DNA of 64,000 bases from Octopus vulgaris (GCA_951406725.2 OX597814.1:91698001-91762000); one strand, 5' to 3'; counted from the stretch's first letter, positions 13,751 through 26,884 are shown. Notes: generated by a model from the sequence alone, not told the origin. Made by a program: numbers and translations.

Positions 13751-14133
13751 AAAAAAGAAAAATTGACTAAGTGTTGGACTATATCCGAATAATTAATACT
13801 CATTAAAATTTCTTTCTATTTTCCGAATGAAACTATGTAACCTCCGTCACTCGCACAACACGTGTAAACACGCTTGCCACACTGACAAGGAGCTGGACTA
13901 CACCCGAATAAGTAATACTCATTAAAAGTCTTCTACTATATCCAATTAAGTATATATCACAAACTCGTAAGTACGTAAACTAATTAATTACGTATACATC
14001 CTAGTTTTACATGAACACATTTTCATATTTTAAAATAACATTAAGTAATGTATAAACAAGCGAATATACACACATAAGCTAATCGAATTAAAGCAAACGA
14101 CTAAGGCTATTCATTATTGATTGCAAAGGCATT

Positions 14134-14213
<80 letters not shown>

Positions 14214-14439
14214 CCCACGGAAAAATATGGATGAGGTGGATATTAGGTTTTTGGTTGTCTTTTGTCTCGTTTGACGACATTCATTTGTGTATAACTATAA
14301 AAGCAGTGCCCTATTAATTTGTCTATGCTAATTGATAAGGCCTAGAGACTTAGTACTAACACGAAAGTGTTGATGACAACTAGCCAAATTCCATGTCGGA
14401 CAAGAAGAAATATTAACACTGACAAATAGTAAAAAAATG

Positions 14440-14730
14440 AAAATACTAATATCAGTGATGATAATGATAATAATGAAAGTAAGCGGTTGGAATCTCCTCA
14501 TGTCCTGAGCGATGATACATCTAGTGATATTGACAAAATAAAAAACATTGGTAATAGCTACCTCATATGAGTGACAATGAAGAAATAAAATATTGTGAAT
14601 AATGGTGGTAATGAAGGGAAACCCTTGGTGTTGACTGTGTTGTATCCGGCAAGCTCAGAAATACTGGTCCGGCTCGTTATCCAGCAATGGGCCAGCACAC
14701 ATGGAGTAGATGGGACAAACAAGTCAAGTA
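14440..14730 (+). mobile_element. Inverted 5' fragment related to the 4910-8530 R4/Dong family
   Basis: Similar to the reverse complement of about 8200-8520 (atcagtg..gataataatgaaag..., gatacatctagtgat, ctacctcatatgagtgacaatga, cacacatggagta). Confidence 0.7.
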
Positions 14731-14741
14731 GTATTATTATT

Positions 14742-14819
<78 letters not shown>

Positions 14820-14849
14820 GTTATTATTATCATTATTATTATTAATATT

Positions 14850-15555
14850 AGTCAGTAGTCTCATTTTTATCACGTGCTTTCACTGCACTTCCGAATGCAG
14901 CTCTGTGTGACTTGGGTGTGTGCTGTGGTTTGTTATGATGCTCTTACTTTTACTGTATTGAAAGTGTTTTTGTAGGATGCGTGCGGTGCCTAGTAGTCCT
15001 ATTTTCTGTATGTTAAATATACTTGTTAGTCCTGGTGTTTTTGTTATGTATCAGAATATTTTTTTTAAATACCTAATGCGCCTACTTTGACAGGAATGTT
15101 TTCTGTTTTTAGACTCCACATTCGAGTTACCTATATTTCCAGATCTTTGTATTTTGAAATTTCTCCGTTTAATTTAGAGGAACATTGTCATCTGTTGTTA
15201 TAGATATATCGATTAGGAAGCATTTTTTTGGTGTTCTCTGACAACTATATCCGACATATTGGCCTTAATTTCTGTATGTGTATGGATTGGTATATCCCAG
15301 AATATGCTTGCTCTCTCACTTTCTGTGACCTTTTATGACATGTATCCACACCATCTTTTTTCTGTTGTTATTCCAGTGTTGACATAGCTTCCAATTTATA
15401 TAGGATTGTCGTGTCTGTGAATATATTCCTTCTTTCCAGGACTGGGCAGCCAGAGACAATATGATTTATTGTTTCTTCTTCATTGCCACATATCCTGCAG
15501 TTACTTATATTTGTTTTCATCACATGTTGTTGGTAATTTCCGGCGGTAAGGCTTA
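14850..15555 (-). mobile_element. R4/Dong 3' fragment (CCHC and RLE)
   Basis: CRICGNEEETINHIVSGC, ILWDIPIHT, LIDISI, PVKVGALG. TTA tracts on both sides. Confidence 0.82.
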
Positions 15556-15571
15556 TTGTTGTTGTTGTTGC

Positions 15572-15629
<58 letters not shown>

Positions 15630-15654
<25 letters not shown>

Positions 15655-15778
15655 TCACTGCTTGGAATCGAACTCGGAATCTTGGGGTTGGTAGCCCCTG
15701 CTCTTAAGAAATGTCACGGTAAAAAAAAGAGACAGCAGTCTGACAGAAAGGTCTTAAGAACACGGGCTACTAACCCCA
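15630..15778. repeat. Truncated copy of the fold-back element at 24136-24710, with the same 46-bp loop in flipped orientation
   Basis: caggtcactg...ggggttggtagcccctgctcTTAA[gaaatgtcacgg...agaaaggtc]TTAAgaacacgggctactaacccca. Confidence 0.9.
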
Positions 15779-15779
15779 G

Positions 15780-15893
15780 GACGTATTCTATGTAAGCCTA
15801 GTACTTTTTCTATCGGTGTCTTTTGCCGAAACGCTAAGTTACGGGGACGTAAATGCACCAGCATCGGTTGTCAAGCGATTTTGGGGGGAACAA

Positions 15894-15946
<53 letters not shown>

Positions 15947-16115
15947 CATACATATATACGACAGGCTTCTTTCAGTTTCCGTCTACCAAATCTACTCACA
16001 AGGTTTGGTCGGCACTTGGCTATAGTAGAAGACCCTTGCCCAAGGTGCCACGCAGTGGGACTGAACCCGGAACAATGTAATTCGTAAGCAAGCTACTTAC
16101 CACGCAGCCACTCCT
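15780..16115 (-). mobile_element. tRNA-derived SINE with internal (CA)/(TA) microsatellite
   Basis: Minus-strand head gtggctgcgtggtaag...ccgggttcagtccc (A/B-box-like). Same family as 29100-29490 and 51110-51538. Confidence 0.8.
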
Positions 16116-16119
16116 ATAT

Positions 16120-17390
16120 TTCTCTTTTAATTGCCCACTTTTTTAGCCAAGTCCAGAATTTTGTACCACATACGTCTCCGCTGGTTCTCCAAAACTGTTC
16201 ATGTAGACGTTTCTCTTCAATCTGTTAGACGTAGTTCTCTTTGTATTTCATTCTTGTCCTTTTCTCCTATTATGTGCTTGAGCTCCTGTTTATTTACTGC
16301 TTTTAGAAGTTTTCCTGGGCTGCTCTGTAAATACTCAATTTGGCCTTTTTTCTTTCCATCTCCACACATTCCTCTACTGATATTAAGCCTCTTCCACTCT
16401 GATCTCTCCTCAAGTACAACTGGTTGATATCAGCTTTCGGGTAGTGGGCTCTATACCTGTTAAAAACTTTCCTACTCTTTCTGTCAAGTTACATTATATC
16501 GTTTTTTGATCCAGGCTATAACTCAAACTACATATCTGCTTAAGGATATTGCTCTGGAATGTATTGTTTCATATTTTCATTAAGAATTTTCTCCATGATT
16601 TATGCTATTCTAAACATGTTCATTGTTTTACTTGTCTGACTGAATAGTACCATGTCATATGCTTTTTGTTGGAATCTAGCCATGTTACATTAAGTCCCGC
16701 TAATCTGCGTCTACAATTTCTAATTATCATTTTAGCAACGGATAAGGAATCTTCTGTTGCCCTACTTTGTTTCTGCAGCCTTTCTGTTCTTCTGGTAGTA
16801 GATTGTTACTTTCCAAATGGATGGGTTGCATAACTCTTCGCCGATACATCGGCCATAAGTTTCCATATAAGTGGTAAACTGGTTATGGGACGAAACTTTG
16901 ATGCCAAGTTCCCTTTCTAGGGAATAGCAACTTTCGTCCACTTGTCGTCCAGGCAAGGACGTGACTTTGCTGCAGGCAGTTATCCAGTTGCACGGCGAAC
17001 TTTTCATGCAACTGTGTAAAATTCATTAGGGCCAAGTACTTTCCAATTTTCTATTTTCTAAACTTCTGTCTCACTGTAAACAGATTATTTCCGATGTCCT
17101 TTTGTCTTGGTACAGTTGCAAGTTATGTTTCCAATTTTGTTAGCCACTCCACGCTTTCTTTATATCTCACCGGCCTGTTCCACGGTCCTCCCCCAAATTG
17201 TTTTACTTTCTTCCGCATCTGGAATCAGTTTCTGGTGTTGGTCTCCTATTTCCTCAAATAGATACCATGAATTTGGACTGGAACTGTCTGTTCTGTTCGA
17301 AATCTTTGCATCTAACATGATATATTTTCAATTTAGCGTTTTAATGCAGTCACCAGGCATTGTGCATATAGAAGAAAAGATTACTATTTT
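16120..17390 (-). mobile_element. Degraded R4/Dong RT-region fragment
   Basis: Minus-strand remnants of LDSNKKHMTWY, GTEDSLSVAKMI and RPMYR...PSIWK, resembling RT motifs of neighbouring copies. Confidence 0.6.
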
Positions 17391-17402
17391 ATCTTCTTCT
17401 TC

Positions 17403-17483
<81 letters not shown>

Positions 17484-17499
17484 GCCGTTGTTGTGATCA

Positions 17500-18580
17500 T
17501 CATTTAATAGTTTTATTTTTTATAACGTGATTTCACCACACAACCGAGCACTTCTGTGATCTTTGAGTATGAGCTGTGATTTGTTTCAGTGTTGTTATTT
17601 TTACTGTATTAAAAGTGTTATACGTAGGATGTGTGCAGTGCCTAGAAATGTTATATTTCTGTAAGCTATATACATTCGTAAATCCTGGTTATGTAATCGT
17701 CTGTATTTTTTACCATAACTAATGCGTCCATTATTATGGGGGTACTTCTGCCTTCACGTCCCACATTCGAACTATTTCTACATTTTTACAGATAGAGAGT
17801 CTCTTTGTTTCTTTTACAGATACATTGTCATCTGTTGGGATTGATATGGGGATTAGAATGCATTTGTTTTTATTCTCGGTTGTCCTTACAAAAACATCTG
17901 GCTTATTAGCCTTGATCTCTCTGTGTGTACTATCATATCCCAGATTATGGTTGTTTTGTCATTTTTTGAGACTCTTTCGGGAGTATTCTAAGGCATATTT
18001 TTTCCTAGTGTCATTCGGAAGTGATGGCATAGCTTGCAGTATATATGTCCCAGCTCTGTCATATCACTGCATATATAATTTCTTGACCAAGACTGAGCAA
18101 CCAAAAACAAAGTGATTTATTGTTTCTTCCCCATCCCTAAATATTTTGCAGTTGAACATTTGTTTCATTAAGTGTTTTTGGTGGTTTCTGGTGGGGAGGA
18201 TTTGACCTTGTGCCACATCTAAATACCCATATGTCTCTGCTTTGAGGCCTGAACCTCTGAACCAATGTTGAGATTTTATTTTGTCTATTTCTATTCTGTT
18301 TAGTTTACCGCAGTATTTGTCATGTAAGGGATTTTCTTGACATCGTTTTATTATAACATTCTGAAGTACCAGTTTGATCTTAGATGTTAGTTGCTTTACA
18401 ACTTTTTATGTTTCTTCTTAAATGTCCAGTATTATGAACTTTTCTGTGTATTCTTCGACTTTATGAACGCTTCCCTGAAGTTTTTGGCTTCCTGTTATCT
18501 CCTTTGTATTTTTCCACTTCATGAACTCCTCCTTAACTTTTTCAGCTTCGTGACTCCTCCTTATATTTTTCGGATACCTC
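17500..18580 (-). mobile_element. Degraded R4/Dong C-terminal fragment
   Basis: Remnants of QWFRGSGLKAETYG, CKIFRDGEETINHFVFGCSVL and IKANKPDV, plus a 3' UTR similar to 14870-15000. Confidence 0.7.
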
Positions 18581-18649
18581 AGCATCATCATCATCATCGT
18601 CATCATTATCATCATTATTATTAAGGTTTTTGTTGTTACTTTTGTTGTG

Positions 18650-18704
<55 letters not shown>

Positions 18705-18707
<3 letters not shown>

Positions 18708-18865
18708 TTTTTCCTTCTTTCTTCAAATTTTCTTCCGTTTCTCGCTGAGTGTTTTCCATACACCTAGGGCAGAGAAGCTCATTGTATGCATTCCCAGATT
18801 ACACACGCAAATTCACAGATAAAATATGTATTTAAAAATTAATAAATAAATAAATTCATGGATGG
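18705..18865 (-). mobile_element. Isolated 3' UTR of the 2130-4850 R4/Dong family between TTA tracts
   Basis: Close match to 2135-2295 (ttccttctttcttcaaattttcttccgtttctcg...aaattcatggatgg). Confidence 0.88.
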
Positions 18866-18906
18866 CGTTGTTGTTGTTGTTGTTGTTATTATTATTATTT
18901 TTATTA

Positions 18907-18976
<70 letters not shown>

Positions 18977-19954
18977 CATTTTTATTATTATAATTAAATG
19001 TTCATCTGTACGCTAGCGTTCGATATAACTTCAGCTTCAAAGATTTCTTTTTGTTTTTTCAGAGATCTTTAATTGAAAAATAATTGTAGTTCCTCAAGAA
19101 TTGTTTAAATAAATATTCCATCTAATGTGGTAGAAGACAATTTCACCGTAAACATTTTCCCCATCGTATAGTGGCTTATTGTTTGCGTGTAGCAGGGAGG
19201 GAAGAAGCAAGACAGAGCTGTGAAATATATCTAAATATCTCCAACTATTGTATATAGGTATTATAAAATACATGCCACAGCAAATATCCAAGACTAAATA
19301 AAATAAATAAAAATGGTCAAACTAAATTAGTATAGAAGCAGTGCAAAATATCTGACACTTTCAGCTGCTTGTAATGTCTGTTTGAAAGAAAACAACCTGC
19401 CTCTTACTAAATTTATATGAGAAGTTTTTCTACTCCGTTGTCAGTAAAATCAATCGTAATTTCATTGTTCAAAATTTATTGAATTTTCCTTTCAAAATTC
19501 TATTAATTATAAGACTATATTTCTAGAGATAAGTAAAAGTAAATAAATAAACAAATTGAAACATAATTGTATGAGGGGAGGCTTGTTGATAATCTCTCTA
19601 AGAAGTAGAGTGTGAACGAATAAGAGTCTGGACGAATAAAGATTCTTGTAGTATTGATTATGAATTTCTCTCTTACAAACGGAAAATAACTATTATATTT
19701 AAGTTCGTATTATAGAAAATGTTGAGTTTTGTTCGGCATTATTGTAGATGTTGAATTAAGTCACACCTGCAGGAAACCTTTCAAGATTCTAAAAGAAGGA
19801 AATAAAGAATTGGATAATATATTCTGCACCGAGTGTTACCATTTGTTTGACAGAATTCTTTCCCTTCAAAAGAAACCAAAAGAGATGATGAGATGGTCAT
19901 TGTCAAACAGAATTGTACATATTAAGGTTTAACGAGTTTCTTAAATTTTCTTAC

Positions 19955-20052
19955 CTTTCCTGTCCACACATGTTTCAAACACGCAGAATAGTTACTCCAG
20001 TCCCCATGTAACCATGTACCATTCGGCGAACACGTTCTATGTGCCAATAACT
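19955..20052 (-). CDS. Internal exon of a class B (secretin-family) GPCR, second half of the hormone-binding ectodomain
   Basis: ttttacag|AG TTA TTG GCA CAT AGA ACG TGT...GGA AAG|gtaag encodes (E)LLAHRTCSPNGTWLHGDWSNYSACLKHVWTGK, matching CxxNGxW...WxNYSxC. Its phase-1 start fits the upstream exon. Confidence 0.9.
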
Positions 20053-20282
20053 CTGTAAAAACACAATATGTTCATGTATATATATAATTATAAATATATA
20101 TATGTATAGGAAGCTTAAGATAAAATCAGATGTAAAGTATTACTTTCTATGTACGTTTCATCATCACAGCTATTTGAAAGTCGGCAGGGGATTTCCAAGC
20201 GCATTTGGATATCTGAGCACAATAGATCATCAGAGAGATATATATGCATACACACACACGCACACACACATACACACACACG

Positions 20283-20332
<50 letters not shown>

Positions 20333-20424
20333 TGTTATTTAGTGTTCATTGAGGCAAAATATTAATAAAGTCAAATGAATAAAGAAATCTACTTTATTTA
20401 TTTATTTATGAACCCTTTTCAAGC

Positions 20425-20698
20425 CTAGTTAGTCTCATCGGCCTGGTCTCTCGGTTTCTGTGGCGTATGAGTTCCTCTCAGCCTGACGTGACGCCAGTCC
20501 ATCGCAGCGTTACTCAAGAAACAGGAAGAAAGATTGAGAGAAAGTTGAGGCGAAAGAGTACAACAGGTGTCGCCACCACTCCCTGCCAGAGATTCGTGGA
20601 GCTTTAGGTGTTTTCGCTCAATAAGCACACACAACGCCCAGTCTGGAAATCGAAACCGCAATCCTCCGACGTGAGCGAATCCGCTGCCCGCCTCCACG
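20425..20698 (-). mobile_element. tRNA-derived SINE, same family as 26885-27138
   Basis: Shares ctttaggtgttttcgctcaataa..cacacaacgccc..tctgg.aatcgaaaccgc with the 27-kb copy. Confidence 0.75.
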
Positions 20699-22212
20699 TA
20701 TACATTCTTTAGTCGCCTTATATTTATAGCAGCATTTAGAGAATGCTTAGCTGAGTGGGTATTACAATATAACCATATGTTTAGACTTATTACTCCTAAC
20801 TAAATGAAATAATACTGCTGGTAAATATTTGACTGAGCAACTTATATTAAAATGCAAATTTATATAATATTATTTTAGTCGTCTTTAATGGCTACGTTAG
20901 CAATTAACAAATTTATTTAAGGTTTTTGGAAGAGTTTTCCACTTCTAAAGTTATTAAAAGGTACAAGGAATATTTAGTTAATTTCGTCGAAAAAGGCGTT
21001 TGTATAGATCAAATCCCTCTACGATGCTCCTCGTCCTTTATAGAATACACAGAACATGTATAATTTGTCGGAGAACTCTTAGTGAATTCTCATTTCATTG
21101 AAGTTAAGATTTCAAGGAAATCCTAGTTGGTAAAGTCTTATATTTCTATCTACTACTTTGGAAAGAAAGTCTTGCACAATTTTATGAGTTGATCACTTTA
21201 AGGATAATTTTTAAAATCCACTGAAAAACAAACATTTATTCTATTGCTCAAATAATCTTCCTTCAGTGTAAATTATTTTTTGCCACAGTGGTTAAACTCA
21301 CATCAGTTTTCTCCTTTTAAAATCATTATAGATCAGACTCATATTAGACACAGCATACTGTTCAGCAATGTAATCGGCGAAAGTCTATGTAAATGAAGCT
21401 TTAAGGATCCGGTTATGCAAACGAGGGTTTGGACAGAATCATTCTGTAAAAGCCTAAACTTGGTCAGTAGGGACCTCGTTACCTAATTGCTTCCTAGCTT
21501 AATCTAAATGTTTCTCCCTACTCATCATTCAAGTTTAGAACTGCTACCTTAACTGTCATTGGTAGAATTCTCACAAATGAGAATTGCATTTCCAAGTAAG
21601 TTTATCTTAATCTTTTTGATGCGACTCTACTCTATAATGTTCTCTCGTTCTATCGTTTTCACCCTCACATTTTCTCTAATTCCTTTTTTCCCTTCACCGT
21701 TTTATAGCTGTGTCTCTCTCCCACCCTTTCACCTTTACTCTCTCTTTCGTTGCTCACACATGACCAGCGTCCATCTTTCTTTTCCTCTCGTGATCATCTC
21801 TCCATATTTTCAGGGCTGTACTAGGGGCTGGATGTATCCTATCTCTCTCTCTTCTATCGTTTCTTTTATCACAGAAAATATTTCTGCAGCATTCGCTACT
21901 TTACCCACGTTCTGGTCTAAGGACCATCTATGTTTGTTTTCGTTCGGTTTCCTAGTATGACTCCATTGTCCTTCTTTTGTTCCTGAATTTGACCCTCCAT
22001 AAATCCCAACTTTTATTTTGGTATTTGTGAGAGCATTCATATTGTGAGAGATTCATATTGCCGTTCAGTGCTCGAAATGAGGAGTAGATAGGTAGCCGAC
22101 AACTTATGAAGGGTCGTTCTTTATGTTAGTTGTCCTGTTTTCCAATCGGTTCTCTCGTTGTTTGCGTATTTCCTGTTGTTTACTGTTGGTCACGTCCTGT
22201 ACCCATATATGC

Positions 22213-22330
<118 letters not shown>

Positions 22331-24135
22331 TTATATATATCATTTATATATATACAGAGAGAGATGTAAACAGATTGATAAGTAGATAGATGTAGATAAA
22401 TAGATGGATATATAGTTAGATAGATAGATATATACATATATACATACATACATACATACATACATACACACATATATACGTATAAGAACATATGTTAGAG
22501 TATATGTATATAATGCATGTGCGTGTGTTTGTGTGTGTGTGTGTGTGTTTGTGTGCGTGTGCGTGTGTGTAGATATAGAAATAAAAATATATAGGACAAT
22601 TATTGTTTTCCCTATCATTACTAGGAACATTACTACTATCGGTTCAACTCGTCCGCTCTGATGGTTTAGAAGATGTGAAACGCTGTAAAATTGTAAATAG
22701 ACATGATTGTAAGATATTGAACCTATAATTATGTTGCTGCACTGTAGGATATCTGTTATGACTGTCGCATTGCCATTATTGTTTGTTGACTTCTATTGTT
22801 CGTTGCCTACAATTGTGCCGTAGCCTACTTTTGGTCAGCTAAGTTGTCACCAGATATCTAATAAGTGAGCTGACCTATCAATCATTGTGAAAGTTCCCAA
22901 TATATTAAAGCAGCAATAGCAGGTTGCTTGATAAAAATAAAATTAAGTCGACCCCAGGGTATATCTCTTGACATAGGTTCACATTGTTAGAATGTCGTTA
23001 ATGTAAATAGTTAGTTACCTCTTATTCAAGGGAGAGTCACTATTGCTATTCATGCCTACACTAACCTTAATAAAAGGAACAGCAGCTATATAAATATACA
23101 CGCCTACCAACATATATGCGTCTATGAGAGTGTCCATCTCAATAAGTTCATGAATATTCATTTATGAACATACATGTGATAAATGGGTGCATATGTATTA
23201 AAATACAAGTAGAGATATGTTGCAATATAAAAATGTTTGTGAGAATTCATTAATTCATATTCCTGTCCCATACATAAATGAGCCTTGCTATCGAGGCAAA
23301 ATGTCACGGTAAAAGAAAGAGACAGCAGTCTGACAGAAAGGTCAGTTCATTCAGTTGATGGTTGAATGAGTTTACCAGACAAAAAAAATTACTAACACGT
23401 GTGATGCCCTGAAAAAAAAGGCAAATAAAAGATATAAAGAATACATACTTGAATATCAGAATATACGATTATGAAGGTACAAATGTACAAAGGTTTTCCT
23501 CCTGTGACTATATATATCCTTACCTACATTCCCAAATGCGCTATACCTATTTCAAGACAGATGGGTGTAACTTAACTGTTTAAAGTTTCTAGTACTGGTT
23601 TCTAAAGGGATACCTTTTTGAAGGTAGAAAAGCAGTACAGATATTATGTAGTTATGGGTGTGGTTAGAGATGTGAAATGGTATCTCAAGCCAAAGTTTGA
23701 CCTCACGATTGCCCTCACGAATGCTCAGTATACTCTGGCATTCTTACAAATATCATGAAAGTGATCTCGGATGTGGTTTCCCATTTTCCCTGGATATAAA
23801 TTTCAATACATGCACTTCATATAACTTTTGGATGTATAGTTCAAATGATTGGTGATGTGAATCAGTTATTTTAGGCGAGTTGGATCTATAACTGGAAGAT
23901 GATAAGCTGACATAACTGAAGGACGAGGTTTTAGTACTTAAAATGAGAGCATTTGTTGGTTTTATATCCTTTGTATTTAGGGATGAGTAAGCTTTGAATG
24001 AATTATTGAGTATTTCCGTCAGTTTCGAAGGAGATGCTCGGAAAATACTAATTCGTTTCGGCTTCAATGGATAAAAGTTGTAAATTGCAATATTTAAAAC
24101 AGTTCTATATTTAAGATATGAGAGATTATGTACAT

Positions 24136-24282
24136 TATTTACATTATTTACATTTGACGGACATTTGTCCTCATCTTGTTTGTTGATAACACAACGTTAC
24201 GACTGATATACCCTCCAGCCTTCGTGAAGTGTTTTGGGGAAATTTCAAACATGGGTTCTCATTACTAAGGTATTTTTCTATG

Positions 24283-24318
<36 letters not shown>

Positions 24319-24470
24319 TCACTGCCTGGAATCGAACTCGTAATCTTGGGGTTAGTAGCCCGTGTTCTTAAGACCTTTCTGTCAGACTGCTGTCTCTTTT
24401 TTTTACCGTGACATTTCTTAAGAGCAGGGGCTACCAACCCCAAGATTACGAGTTCGATTCCAGGCAGTGA

Positions 24471-24526
<56 letters not shown>

Positions 24527-24710
24527 TTAATAATAATAATAACAACAACAACAAGAATAATAACATAGAAGGATATCTTAGGAATGAGAACTCAGGTTCG
24601 AAATTTCCCTAAGACAGCTGATGAAGGCTGGAGGGTGTATCAGCAAAAACGTTTTTTTAGCAACAAACAAGATGAGGACAAATATCCGTCAAATGTAAAT
24701 AATGTAAATA
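24136..24710. mobile_element. Fold-back element: two head-to-head arms (truncated tRNA-like head, (AAT)n, hammerhead-like tail) around a 46-bp TTAA-bounded loop
   Basis: Arms 24136-24371 and 24418-24710 are reverse complements. The B-box gagttcgattcc is present, and the right arm has ctgatgaaggctg...cagc. Confidence 0.9.
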
Positions 24711-25374
24711 TTGCTATATGTAGTTCTTTTTAAACCGTTTATCAACTGTGGGTGACTAGAACTACACTCAAGCATTATAATTGCTTTATATTATGCCTTT
24801 TTCCAGATTGTATGCATTTCTGAGTTCATTATCCAAAATGTTATGTCTTTAAGAAGGTAGGCTGTCGATTATGATCTGGCTGCTATCTTTACCAAGCTTG
24901 TTCGAAGAAGGAAACACATTGCAGTAAAAGAATAGTCGGTGATATATGATAGAAAATCTATCATTGTTAGAATGTCGTTGTATGTTCGTGTATGTGGAAG
25001 GAAGTAATCTGGGTTGAATTACCAAATGAACTCGTTTTTTCTTATATCATTAAAAATTTATGTAAGATACTTTCAATATAGTAACCACGGAAAGGAAATA
25101 CTTGTCTGCATCAGAAACGTGTATTTCGTTACAGTTTGATACGTTTTAATTCGCTCCTATGACAACACATCAAGTATCAGCTGATGCTACGTAAATTAAT
25201 CCTTTATACACCACCTACAGCTCAGTGACCTGAAATGTGTCCGTCCCATTTACAATTCCTATAATTATTTATTGAGTTTATCACTAACTATAAATCACTA
25301 TCATGAACATATTGCAAAATGCACATGACAATAGACAACTGGTAATATTATTTTGAAAATTATATTCAAATTAC

Positions 25375-25482
25375 CTGAATGTGTGAATCCAATACTTTCT
25401 GGACATTTTTGGTATATTGTTGTATTCGCTGGTGTCGCTGCCCAGCATTGAAGCGTATCCCATAATTCTGGACAGAACGGAT
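25375..25482 (-). CDS. Internal exon of a class B (secretin-family) GPCR, first half of the hormone-binding ectodomain (CRF/DH44, calcitonin or PDF receptor type)
   Basis: tttaacag|AT CCG TTC TGT...CAT TCA G|gtaat encodes (D)PFCPELWDTLQCWAATPANTTIYQKCPESIGFTHS, matching CxxxWDxxxCW...CP. Phase 1-1, splices in frame to 19955-20052. Confidence 0.92.
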
Positions 25483-26393
25483 CTGTTAAATATATGAAAT
25501 ATTGCTTTGGAAACATACTTAGAGTGAGATGAATAAAAAAAGAAGAAAAAAGGTTGCTATATTGTTCAATAAAATATATAATATCAATTATTTCAGGCTT
25601 TAATTCTGAAAGAAAATATTTCGAAATAAATTAAACATTTCACTATATTTTTGATAAAATTTATCGTTGAGTTATACATAAAAAATTATTTGGTTTTGAT
25701 GTTTGAAAATACATGGTTATTTTTAGGTACACGAATCATTTCAACCTCTATAAGCCATACTGCATGACACAAGGTGTATGGAAGCAATTATATTCTGATC
25801 TTAGCAATATACACTGTAATGTATGTTTAATATCTGACTGAAAGTTGGAAATACAGGTGCTATATGTTATGGGCAATATGAACATAAATTACAAACTTCT
25901 ATGCCGTCTGTGATATATATATATATTTATATTTATATACATATTATATACATATACATGTACAGATATATATATATATCTATATGTACATGAAGGACTA
26001 CATATATATACACCAACATCTATCTCTCTATATACGTGTGTTGTTATGTATGTGTGTCTGTGTTCAATTTTTCAATTCTTTTTAAAATGTCTCCTACATT
26101 GTGTCTACACACTTCCCCCAACCCCCACACATATTCTTTTTTTCACATCCTCCGGCTGCTTTTATTCTGCTTCTTATATTCTCACATGAATAGGCTGCAC
26201 AATGTCTTATCACAATTTTCTTTCCAGACTTACTCACAGACAACAATTCAAATCTCAAATTTACTTATTAATGTATGAAAGGCTTGAACCGAATAATAAC
26301 AGTAGAGCTTGCTGAAAGCCGTCACCGAAATTGAAACATATTGAACGTTTGCATGCTCCCACGTATATTTACTGAATCAGTTAATGCATATAA

Positions 26394-26736
26394 TCATACA
26401 TACATACATACATACATGCATACATACATGCATGCATGCATGCATGCATACATACATACATACATACATACATACATACATACATACATACATACATACA
26501 TACATACATACATACATACATACATACATACATACATACATACATACATACATACATACATACATACATACATACATACATACATACATACATACATACA
26601 TACATACATACATACATACATACATACATACATACATACATACATACATACATACATACATACATACATACATACATACATACATACATACATACATACA
26701 TACATACATACATACATACATACATACATACATACA

Positions 26737-26764
<28 letters not shown>
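26394..26764. repeat. Long (CATA)n tetranucleotide microsatellite, about 370 bp
   Basis: Seen directly. Confidence 0.97.
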
Positions 26765-26767
<3 letters not shown>

Positions 26768-26884
26768 TGGCTATCTCTCCGCCCAATAAATATAACTTAT
26801 ACGAATGTTCATCACTAAATATTTTTAATTTTTTGTATTTCTTTATATATCTCTATATTTTTCAATATATAAATATATATATCA

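Noticed and set aside
19094-19291. ORF MDICCGMYF... as the next GPCR exon
   Set aside because: It lacks the expected SLxCxRxxIH motif and partly overlaps a repeat-like stretch.
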